A stretch of 64,000 nucleotides of DNA from Epithemia pelagica. Lineage: Eukaryota; Protista; Bacillariophyta. The notes under the pieces were generated by a model. The model saw only the letters and a program-made list of their open reading frames with translations. It had not been told where the DNA came from and searched no databases. The first letter of the stretch is position 1, and each line of letters begins with the position of its first letter. The position numbers were made by a program, and so were the translations under genes. The DNA is taken from positions 2,976,001-3,040,000 of the forward strand of contig OX337237.1 in NCBI GenBank assembly GCA_946965045.2. The letters are read 5' to 3'. Below are positions 24,271-32,719 of this stretch, one piece after another.

Positions 24271-25770
24271 TTGATGTTGTTAAATAGAGTCCCACTGGGA
24301 CACTCTTCTTACTTCCGAATTCTGGACCGGTTTTGCCATCTCGGCAGCACAAATTATGATCGATCCAATGGCAACGGAGGTCCTCCAAGGAGGACAATGA
24401 TACAACGAACGACTCAAGATTGTCCATTGATGTATAGAAATCTCCTGTTGTTACTTCATATTACCATCCATCTAAGCTGTCGAGGACGCAATTTCCGTTC
24501 GAACATGTCTTCTCTTATCCAAGAATTCATTCCTGACGTAGATGCTCCTCCCTTCTACTCTGCCATCTTCCATGACTCTTTCCAAATGGGTTCGTTCGTT
24601 CACTTGATCCTCCCATCGCAAGAACCCAGAACCACGACGGTTGTTCGACTTCTCAAATGGGTTCCCCATGGAATCAAAGTACAACTTTTCTACCCTCTTT
24701 TCCCGAAAGAGAAACTCCGATGTCATCCGAATCTCCCGAAACACGACAAGACTCCCTTACCATCAACTCAAGGACGCAACAATATCGAACTCTACATGTC
24801 GAATGAAGTGATGGAATTGATCAACCCTCGCGAAGACGGGTTTCCATTGAAACTCCGAGAGATTCTCTACCCAGCTTTCGTCTTTTCCCTGACAGATCTT
24901 GATTCACCAGCTAACCGATGGGCCTATGGCGTAGAAAACGTCTTTGTGGTCCGATACAAGCAACATTCTGAGCGAGGTCTAGTGTCCATTCCTGAAAATT
25001 GCTTGCGATTCATGGTTTCTCACGACACGACGCGTTCCCATCTTGTTTGTCCTCCCCGTTCTTGTCATCTTAATATTTGGACAGGACTATTCCTCATTCG
25101 CAAAGCGATCTCGAAGATTCTGAACCGTCGTTCGGGCCAGGCAGAGGAGAAAGAAACGAGCGCTCTGACTATTGGACATATTCCCGTGGAGACTTACAAC
25201 TACATCAGTCTCTTATTGTCTCGTGCCCACCGTTCAAGATGCGTACACAAGCCCTTCAAGGCCTCTGAGACTTATCTCGACATTACCAACCGTTTTACTC
25301 GTCGTAAAGCTCGAATCCAGTTCGAGTCTGGCGTTATGCGGTTCTTGACTACTGCGGATCTTGACAAGCTAAGGACCATACTTGGCTTTGGAGCAACATA
25401 CGGGTCAACTGAAGTCCGTCCTACTTTGTACCATGGTGACAAAGGATTGTGTCTGAAGCGGGGTCATTCTCTGACCGTCATTGCTGGTTGCCCTATTCCC
25501 GAAGAAGCTCCTCCATTCAAGAGACGATCAAAGGAACAACGAGTTGATTTGTCTTTTTCTCAATTCAGCTGTCGAGTTACTGTTTCCTTCCAGCGATACC
25601 TTTACGACACCTCAAGGTCTGGTGTCATCAAGGTTCCTCCTCCGACAGAACACCTGAAACTCTGCCTCAAGGGTCAGTTACCGTTGCTGAACCATACTCC
25701 TCAAGTCATTCACAAGAGCACCGGCCACATCTTTGTTACCCAATGGGTCAAACTGTTTCACACGAACTGA
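24271..25770 (+). CDS. Transposon accessory protein with an N-terminal BAH-like domain (probable start MSSLIQ near 24505)
   Basis: 499-codon ORF inside the TIRs. FQMGSFVHL..VVRLL..IKVQLFYP..IELYMSN..EILYPAFV..ENVFVVRY follows the order of BAH beta-strand motifs (by eye). Confidence 0.55.
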   Translation: MMLLNRVPLGHSSYFRILDRFCHLGSTNYDRSNGNGGPPRRTMIQRTTQDCPLMYRNLLLLLHITIHLSCRGRNFRSNMSSLIQEFIPDVDAPPFYSAIFHDSFQMGSFVHLILPSQEPRTTTVVRLLKWVPHGIKVQLFYPLFPKEKLRCHPNLPKHDKTPLPSTQGRNNIELYMSNEVMELINPREDGFPLKLREILYPAFVFSLTDLDSPANRWAYGVENVFVVRYKQHSERGLVSIPENCLRFMVSHDTTRSHLVCPPRSCHLNIWTGLFLIRKAISKILNRRSGQAEEKETSALTIGHIPVETYNYISLLLSRAHRSRCVHKPFKASETYLDITNRFTRRKARIQFESGVMRFLTTADLDKLRTILGFGATYGSTEVRPTLYHGDKGLCLKRGHSLTVIAGCPIPEEAPPFKRRSKEQRVDLSFSQFSCRVTVSFQRYLYDTSRSGVIKVPPPTEHLKLCLKGQLPLLNHTPQVIHKSTGHIFVTQWVKLFHTN

Positions 25771-28056
25771 CGCCTGGCTGTAGGTGTATTCTGCGATGTG
25801 TTGTACCTTCAGACGAGCTTGCCTTTGCGACAATGAACCTGCCAATGACAGGTTACGAAGCTGTAAGTCACTGTTGATGTTCCGGGAGAATTCGATGCGA
25901 TCCTGGATTTCGGCCTTCTCGTAGTCAAAATGGATGTTGTCAGAGGATTGGAGGGCTATATCGTCAGGTGGGAACGACGGATTGATGTCTGTCCTGATCT
26001 TTGACTTCTTCCTGATTTCTTCAATTTGGTTCGCCACTGTAGGACTCTCAGCTTTGAATTTATCAACTTCTTCCTTCATTAGACCTATATGATCGCTCGT
26101 GCACATATCGACATGACGGCATGTCCAGTTATCGTCGTCCGTGTGTTTCAGATGCATGCAGATGGGGCATTCTGATGGAAGACGAGATTGTAAATGTAAG
26201 TCCGATGAAGCGATTGCGCATTTGCTACACGGATACTTACAGACTTTTGCTGCTCCTCCACGTCCTGCGAGTTTCCATTCGCAGGACATGTCACAGTTGG
26301 TTGCAATTTTGGGAGGAACAATCCCAAAGCGTCGTGGGAGAACGAAGGTGGCGGCCTCGTATATCTCCTGGATCATTCGCGCAAACAATCCACGGATAAT
26401 AGGCGTACGCTCTCGACCGATTACACAAACAATGGGAAAGACCGAATTTCTGGACTGCCTGAAAGGGTTCGAAGAGTCATTGAATTTCAGTCCTCCGAGC
26501 GTATGTGAGAGGTGCTTCGTCAACATCGCACCATCGATACTTTGCGAGAGATTGACAGCGTCGCGATCTGCTCCAGCATTCATCAATCCACCAGAATGGA
26601 GAATCACGCGCATAACATCTGCCGCACGGAAGTAAAAGCCTTCTGTGGAATCTCTTTCGTTCCGAATCATGTGGTATGGGCAGACAATCGATCCATACTG
26701 TTCTACCATTGCAGCGCAATTCTGAAGGGAAGACGTACTGGGAATGATGGTACGCATATGCTTGACCCCGTTGGTTTCCACACGACGAAGAAGTTCTATT
26801 CCTTCATAATTCAGAACTCCTCCTGAGCGGTCCATTTCCGACAAGATCTTGAATGGTGTGAAAACTGTTTCGCGAAGATGCTTCCCCACAACTTCAATCA
26901 GAACATCTTTCATTCGGCCTTGGTGGATGTTCGAATTGAGCAACATGTTGCACAGAGCCTTTAAGAAACGTTTGGCACGGTCGCTGTCTTTACCATGACG
27001 AAGAATGGCATTGGAAATGACGACACGAATGTTTGCGATGATTTGGTCACCCCTTTCTTTATCAGAAGCTCGTTGTGGTACTTTCTGTGCCTCTGATTGT
27101 TTGGACTGAATCTCGATGATACGAGCTTCAAGCTTGGTGATCCGTTTAGATTTCTTCTTGCTGGTCCTACGGACCTTGTTCAGATTGAGTTTGAGTGTCT
27201 GAATCTCATGGTCCTTGTTCTTTAAAGACAGCTCTATGTCCTTTTGTTTTGAGGAGAGAGCATCGTTTGCTCTTTGGACTTGTGCAAGTAACTGACTGGT
27301 TGTCATTCCGGAATAAGACGTGGAGGAGTTGGCCAGGCTGCATGTGAGAACAGACATCCCTTCATTGCCTTGAGGGGCTATAACTTCCTTGCCAACAGAT
27401 TCTTGTTCAGCTTCTGATTCTTCAGAATCCGCGAAAATACCATTGGAGGATGACGAACCACTTGAGCTGTCGGAATCATCATCAGAATCAAGATCTGAAT
27501 CAGATTCATCTCGTTTCGGAGGAGGTTTCTTGTCTTCTTCGGTTGTAACAACAGTAGCTTGCTTAACAGGGGTTCCATGAATCCCTTTGGACCTTTTGGA
27601 AGGATGATTCTTGCAGAAGCGACGTTTTGCTTTGCGTTTCTTTGGCCGGTTCTTGATAGATTCAATCTTGACTTGGTCAGTTGGCATGACTATATTGTCA
27701 TGAGAGGCAGTACAAGTAAACCGCCCATTCTCTGCTTTCCTGTTTATGGGGATGTTCGGGAAAGCGATTTCTTGTTCATCCGCATCAAAACATTCGCCAC
27801 AAAAGAAAAAACCTTCCCATCGCTGGTATCGGTTTCTACCAAAAACCGAACATGGTTTCGTGTCTTCGTTAGCAAAGTCCCGGCATATGCGGGCAATCCT
27901 TTTCCTTTCCAAAGCACTTGAATGGGGAGGACGCTTCGACTCTCGGCGTCGGGCTCTCGTCTGTTGATTCGGAGAGATCGGGGCAGCCTCTGCCTCTTGC
28001 AACTCTTCTTCGGCTTGCTCCATGGCAAGTCGTTGGGCTTGACGGGTGGTGGGCAT
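25678..28056 (-). CDS. RAG1/Transib-like DDE transposase, apparently C-terminally truncated
   Basis: 792 aa: Cys/His-rich N-terminus, basic and acidic tracts, coiled coil, then SQSIDGAML (compare RAG1 SCDG) and NCDMSCEWKLAGRGGAAKVCKYPCSKC (compare RAG1 [25 protein letters not shown]). No downstream LH or catalytic E motif recognised. Confidence 0.6.
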   Translation of the reverse strand: MPTTRQAQRLAMEQAEEELQEAEAAPISPNQQTRARRRESKRPPHSSALERKRIARICRDFANEDTKPCSVFGRNRYQRWEGFFFCGECFDADEQEIAFPNIPINRKAENGRFTCTASHDNIVMPTDQVKIESIKNRPKKRKAKRRFCKNHPSKRSKGIHGTPVKQATVVTTEEDKKPPPKRDESDSDLDSDDDSDSSSGSSSSNGIFADSEESEAEQESVGKEVIAPQGNEGMSVLTCSLANSSTSYSGMTTSQLLAQVQRANDALSSKQKDIELSLKNKDHEIQTLKLNLNKVRRTSKKKSKRITKLEARIIEIQSKQSEAQKVPQRASDKERGDQIIANIRVVISNAILRHGKDSDRAKRFLKALCNMLLNSNIHQGRMKDVLIEVVGKHLRETVFTPFKILSEMDRSGGVLNYEGIELLRRVETNGVKHMRTIIPSTSSLQNCAAMVEQYGSIVCPYHMIRNERDSTEGFYFRAADVMRVILHSGGLMNAGADRDAVNLSQSIDGAMLTKHLSHTLGGLKFNDSSNPFRQSRNSVFPIVCVIGRERTPIIRGLFARMIQEIYEAATFVLPRRFGIVPPKIATNCDMSCEWKLAGRGGAAKVCKYPCSKCAIASSDLHLQSRLPSECPICMHLKHTDDDNWTCRHVDMCTSDHIGLMKEEVDKFKAESPTVANQIEEIRKKSKIRTDINPSFPPDDIALQSSDNIHFDYEKAEIQDRIEFSRNINSDLQLRNLSLAGSLSQRQARLKVQHIAEYTYSQASVRVKQFDPLGNKDVAGALVNDLRSMVQQR

Positions 28057-28632
28057 CGTTGGGTCTTCAAACGAAAGGTAAATTGTCTGTTTGATTGATA
28101 TGTTGGTTCAGGAAGGGACACATGAGAGAACACCATTCAGAGTAACTTCTGTCACCATCATCTCTTCATCGGCTTCGGGTTCTGCGATTGAGTTTAGAAC
28201 GGATGAATGAAATGCGACTAAGGGGTAATGTAATATTCATGAACATATAAATTTTATGCAAAAAATCGTCGGGCGAGTTGTCAAAATTCATTCTCATACG
28301 TTTGGACTTAGCGAAATTTGGGAAAATGGGGTTCTGATGAGGACGTGTGACAGGGGTACTTCAACGATGATATGGCTCTTATGTAACGATGGCCTCACCT
28401 TGGCTTATGTATCGTAAGAGGTTTGGCATAGTTACATAAGAGCCAAGTCTCCGTTGTTGTGCCGATTCATTGGCTTTTTGGTACTGGCAGTCTTGGATGT
28501 TCATTCACGGCAGAGTCTCAGGTTATATTTAATGAATGTCCTATTCGGAATTTTTCTATTGATTACAGCAGAGTGGGTGTGACATGTTTCTGAACCGGTA
28601 TTGGTTGGGGGTGGGGTGACATGCGCGCTAAA

Positions 28633-28655
28633 ATGAACCGGAAATGCTGCTATTG
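28633..28655 (-). repeat. Right terminal inverted repeat
   Basis: 22/23 match to 24154-24176. Confidence 0.8.
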
Positions 28656-28980
28656 GTGCACAGAAAGACCAACTCCATCCGAAAGACCGTCGGGTACCCC
28701 ATCTTGGATGCCAACTATGAAGAGAGCGAAAACTATGCATCCTACCCCTAGTAGAGAGGATATGTTGTTACTTCTACTAGGCAGGTGAAGATGAAGAAAG
28801 TTGGAGGATTCGAAACCAAATCTTATTTTCCACAAGAATCACACAACACAATTGAATTACTAGCTAGAGAGAGTATAACTCCGTCGGTATCGTCCATCGT
28901 CGTTATCCCCCAAGACAGACATGAAAGGCCTCTCCGATCTGAAAATGAGAACAACACACAACTTCTGGTACTCTTTTACA

Positions 28981-29988
28981 CTAAAGGCCTCGCACAACAA
29001 AGGGGTCTGGGGGGGAGGTGCCACCACCCCCTGTCGCCGTGGGAGGTGTCGCCGTGGGAGGTGTCGGCGTGGGAGTCTTTGGGCTTTTGGGGGTCTTTGG
29101 GCTTTTCGGAGTCTTTGAGCTTTTGGGAGTCTTTGGGCTTTTGGGAGTCTTGGACGCCGTTGCCGTAGCCGTAGAAACTGCCGGCGTGGGAGGTGTCGGC
29201 GTGGGAGGCGTCGGGGTGGGAGGCGGTGTGAAAGGTGTCGGCGTCGATGCCGTAGCCGTAGAACCTTTTGGGCTTTTGGTAGTCTTTGGGCTTTTCGGAG
29301 TCTTTGAGCTTTTGGTAGTCTTTGGGCTTTTGGGAGTCTTGGACGCCGTTGCCGTAGCCGTAGAAACTGTCGGCGTGGGAGGTATCGGCGTGGGAGGCGT
29401 CGGGGTGGGAGGCGGTGTGAAAGGTGTCGGCGTCGATGCCGTAGCCGTAGAACCTTTTGGGCTTTTGGTAGTCTTTGGGCTTTTCGGAGTCTTTGAGCTT
29501 TTGGTAGTCTTTGGGCTTTTGGGAGTCTTGGACGCCGTTGCCGTAGCCGTAGAAACTGTCGGCGTGGGAGGTATCGGCGTGGGAGGCGTCGGGGTGGGAG
29601 GCGGTGTGAAAGGTGTCGGCGTCGATGCCGTAGCCGTAGAACCTTTTGGGCTTTTGGTAGTCTTTGGGCTTTTCGGAGTCTTTGGGCTTTTCGGAGTTTT
29701 GGGGGTTTTGGGACTCTTGGATTTTTTGAGACGTCGTACTTTGCCGGTGGACGACGATGTATTTGGGAGGTCTTCCAATTCCGACAGGGCATCCATCGGA
29801 AGCTTGATTCGTTGCCTCAAGAAATAGCTAGTATCTTGTGCTTGAACCAGCATCACGTGAATATTGTTGTTGCTATTGTTGTGATTGGTGTCGTGGGACC
29901 ACGACAATAGCACCAGTACCAACCAAACTGCAAGACGGTTCAATCTGCAGGGCGTTAAAGACAAATGGTACGAACGACGAAACTTCAT
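28981..29988 (-). CDS. Secreted Lys/Pro/Thr-rich repeat protein A1 (silaffin-like KXXK blocks alternating with PT-rich blocks)
   Basis: Start MKFRRS, hydrophobic signal-like segment, pro-region RQRIKLPMD, an RRL site, then three ~63-aa (189-bp) units of K(S/T)PK plus TPTPP. Confidence 0.75.
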   Translation of the reverse strand: MKFRRSYHLSLTPCRLNRLAVWLVLVLLSWSHDTNHNNSNNNIHVMLVQAQDTSYFLRQRIKLPMDALSELEDLPNTSSSTGKVRRLKKSKSPKTPKTPKSPKTPKSPKTTKSPKGSTATASTPTPFTPPPTPTPPTPIPPTPTVSTATATASKTPKSPKTTKSSKTPKSPKTTKSPKGSTATASTPTPFTPPPTPTPPTPIPPTPTVSTATATASKTPKSPKTTKSSKTPKSPKTTKSPKGSTATASTPTPFTPPPTPTPPTPTPPTPAVSTATATASKTPKSPKTPKSSKTPKSPKTPKSPKTPTPTPPTATPPTATGGGGTSPPDPFVVRGL

Positions 29989-30797
29989 GGTGTCGGAACG
30001 TTGCAAACGACAAGCAAGCATAAGAGAGACGCAAACAGTTTTGGGTTGTGGGGATTCGACAAACCCTCGGTTCTCTCCTCTCGTGTTTTGAATTTTGTGG
30101 AGACGATCGAAGAATGGTAGTCAGGATCGATCCTCTCCAACAAAACACACAATTGTATTGGGCCAACGAATCCACAAGAATGAGTACAAGAATGAGAGTT
30201 CTTTTCAAGTTTCTTACTCCAAAGGGCCCGATGTCAGCCCTATGTAACCAATCAAGAGACGCGTTGGGACGATTTTTTTGGGGAATAACCACCTTTGCAT
30301 TTAGGAAAAAGAGGAAAGAGGGTTCTTACTTCTCGTGTTAGATCCAATAATGGAACATGCTCCCACATAACACCACAAGGATAGTCATTTCAACGAGCAA
30401 ACAGACAGTGTGTGGTGTGAGGGCCTACCGCTACCGTCGATCAAGACCAACACTATATATGCTCAATCCGTTGAAGGAGTGGTACGATTCGAAATTATTG
30501 TCTGTGGTAATGAATTTCGTTGTGCCAAGTCGTTGTGGTCATTGGTCATTGGTCCGAGTCACAGTCATTATTCGTGAATTTGGGGATCGAGAGAGTCATT
30601 GCTGTTGAGGTGATGCAAAACGACTCCGATTATCGCCACATAATATAAACAATAGAGATAGAGGGTCGTGGGCGTCTTTGTGTGATTCTCGTTGTGGTTC
30701 TTGTTTCTTGTTGTGCTAGTCCCCCAAATGACTCGGGCCAATGACCTCAATGACCACAACGAATTGGCCCAAAGCTCTCCAGTACCAGTGACAATAA

Positions 30798-30910
30798 CAA
30801 GAAGCGCGACCGATATTGAGCGAATTTTAAGCGAATAGCTAACCCCATGAGGGGCAACCGGTCTAGGTCTCACTTGTAGAATTTTCCTCTGTAAACGATG
30901 GCGTAATTTG
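30798..30910 (+). repeat. 5' LTR (caag...tttg)
   Basis: 112/113 identical to 36849-36961. Confidence 0.92.
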
Positions 30911-31258
30911 GTTTATCAGACCCATCACGACTCTTTTATGAGCTTTACCTCAACCATGGCCTGGGAAGGTCGCGAAATATCTGGATCATTCGCTCCGAGA
31001 TAGAGGATGTGATATGCGGTCAGCTTTTGCGCGCATATCGGGCAATGACGGACGCGTCACACATCTTGCCGTTGAAAGATGACAGCCATACGGACACTTT
31101 CGTTGCTTAAATGCTTAATGAAGTGCGCCGTCCTGGCACCATGCGAGCTCTCGACTCAAATTCTACTTTTCCTCGCTCGCAAACGAAAGCGAGATTATCA
31201 GGTGAAGTATCTGCACACTTTCACCGGAAAGCCCAACTTCACCCGAATAAGAACTACC

Positions 31259-32704
31259 ATGGCAGCGATTCCTCCAGCAAGCCCTCTTGACATCTTGAAT
31301 GCCTACATGGATGTAGTGCTCCAAATCACCGATCAGGCAGCTCGTGATGCCTTAAATGCTCAGGGACTACGAGCAATTAGTGACTTCGAAGCTCTGAGCG
31401 AAGATGATATCGCTGAAATTTGCTCAAATGCCAGGAAACCTGGTGGCATGATCCCCAATCCTTATCCCCTTGGACCACCGTTGATTGCTAATCCTGGTAT
31501 CATGATTGGTCATCTGGCTGAGAAACGCCTCAAGATGTTTCGTTACTTTGTTATCCATTTGAACAAGGTGAATCGGACCTTTGTCGGTACTGTTCCCAAC
31601 TTGGCCGATCTACAAACACTCTATCAATTCAAAGAGAGTGAGACGGAACATGACAACGAAGTTCCCATGCCGGAGAAACTCACATCGATTGAGAATATCC
31701 GTGTTGTTTTGGAGGACCTCGATCATTATCTTGAGTCCAAGCGAGGTGTCACTGGCATTCCTTTGGCTGCGTACACTCGTAGCGATCCCAACGTTGCACC
31801 TGAAAATGAAGATCCGACTTTCGGTACTCCAACTATCCTGGCGGAGATGATCAGGCGGGCACCACATACAGGCCCTACCTATGCTGCCGACAATCTTGCC
31901 GTGTGGGATGTTGTCAGACACATCACACATGATGGACCAGCATGGGGCTGGGTGCAACCATTTGCACGCGCACGCAATGGACGTGCTGCCTATCAAGCCT
32001 TGCGTACCCATTATCTTGGAGACGCTTTCCAATCTCGTCTCCGTGCCAAAGCAGATCAAACACTCGAAAGTGTGTATTACGACGGAACAAAGCGCAATTT
32101 TACCTATGAACGATTCATAGAAACCCTGCAACGGGCATTTACTGACCTTGAGTCAACAGGCGAAGCTGTGAGTGAAGAGAGAAAAGTGCGCATTCTCCTC
32201 ACAGGCATTGCAGATGCACGACTCGAGAGCGCAAAGAATCAAATTCTTGCAACCCCTACTCTCAGAGCAACATTTGAAACCGCATCGAACTTCCTTGCAG
32301 AAGTGTTAGACAGCAAGGTCTCCTATAGCGCCTCCAATAGGAAGCAAGCCAGAATCTCCTCGATCCAATCCCAAAACAAAGGAAAGGGAAGGAACAATAA
32401 TGGCCGTAACAATAAGAAGAATGAAGATAAAGAAAAGGAGGAATTAACGGACCGCTACTATACTCCAAAGGAATGGTCAAGGTTGAGTGGGCCAGAACGC
32501 CAACGCGTTCGCGAGGTGCGTGAAGAACGCGATAAAAGGAGAGGAGTGGCATCCGTCACGAGTCAATCCCGAAAGAAGGCAAAGAAGGATGCACAGAATA
32601 ATGACACTCCCGATGTCTCCGAAGAGTCCTCTGACGAAGCTAGCAGAGGCATTGGCGCAATCATGAGCCAGCGCAAGAAGAAACGAAACTCTGAAAATTT
32701 GTGA
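31259..32704 (+). CDS. gag: Copia Gag (frame open from 31079)
   Basis: CoDi-type gag motifs (KRGVTGIPLAAYTR, DNLAVWDVV, NGRAAYQALRTHYLG, YYTPKEWSRLS). Ends at TGA 32702-32704, in frame with pol. Confidence 0.88.
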   Translation: MAAIPPASPLDILNAYMDVVLQITDQAARDALNAQGLRAISDFEALSEDDIAEICSNARKPGGMIPNPYPLGPPLIANPGIMIGHLAEKRLKMFRYFVIHLNKVNRTFVGTVPNLADLQTLYQFKESETEHDNEVPMPEKLTSIENIRVVLEDLDHYLESKRGVTGIPLAAYTRSDPNVAPENEDPTFGTPTILAEMIRRAPHTGPTYAADNLAVWDVVRHITHDGPAWGWVQPFARARNGRAAYQALRTHYLGDAFQSRLRAKADQTLESVYYDGTKRNFTYERFIETLQRAFTDLESTGEAVSEERKVRILLTGIADARLESAKNQILATPTLRATFETASNFLAEVLDSKVSYSASNRKQARISSIQSQNKGKGRNNNGRNNKKNEDKEKEELTDRYYTPKEWSRLSGPERQRVREVREERDKRRGVASVTSQSRKKAKKDAQNNDTPDVSEESSDEASRGIGAIMSQRKKKRNSENL

Positions 32705-32719
32705 CTATCGCTCCAGTCG

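Larger units (their letters stand above)
24154..28655. mobile_element. 4,502-bp DNA transposon with 23-bp TIRs and two convergent ORFs (RAG1/Transib/CMC-like)
   Basis: Left end caatagcagcatttctggttcat (24154-24176) and right end atgaaccggaaatgctgctattg (28633-28655) are 22/23 inverted-identical. They enclose a DDE-like transposase ORF and a second ORF. No clean TSD. Confidence 0.75.

Noticed and set aside
24271-25770. Calling the partner ORF a RAG2 homolog
   Set aside because: No kelch-repeat or PHD Cys/His pattern is visible; only the convergent arrangement is shared.
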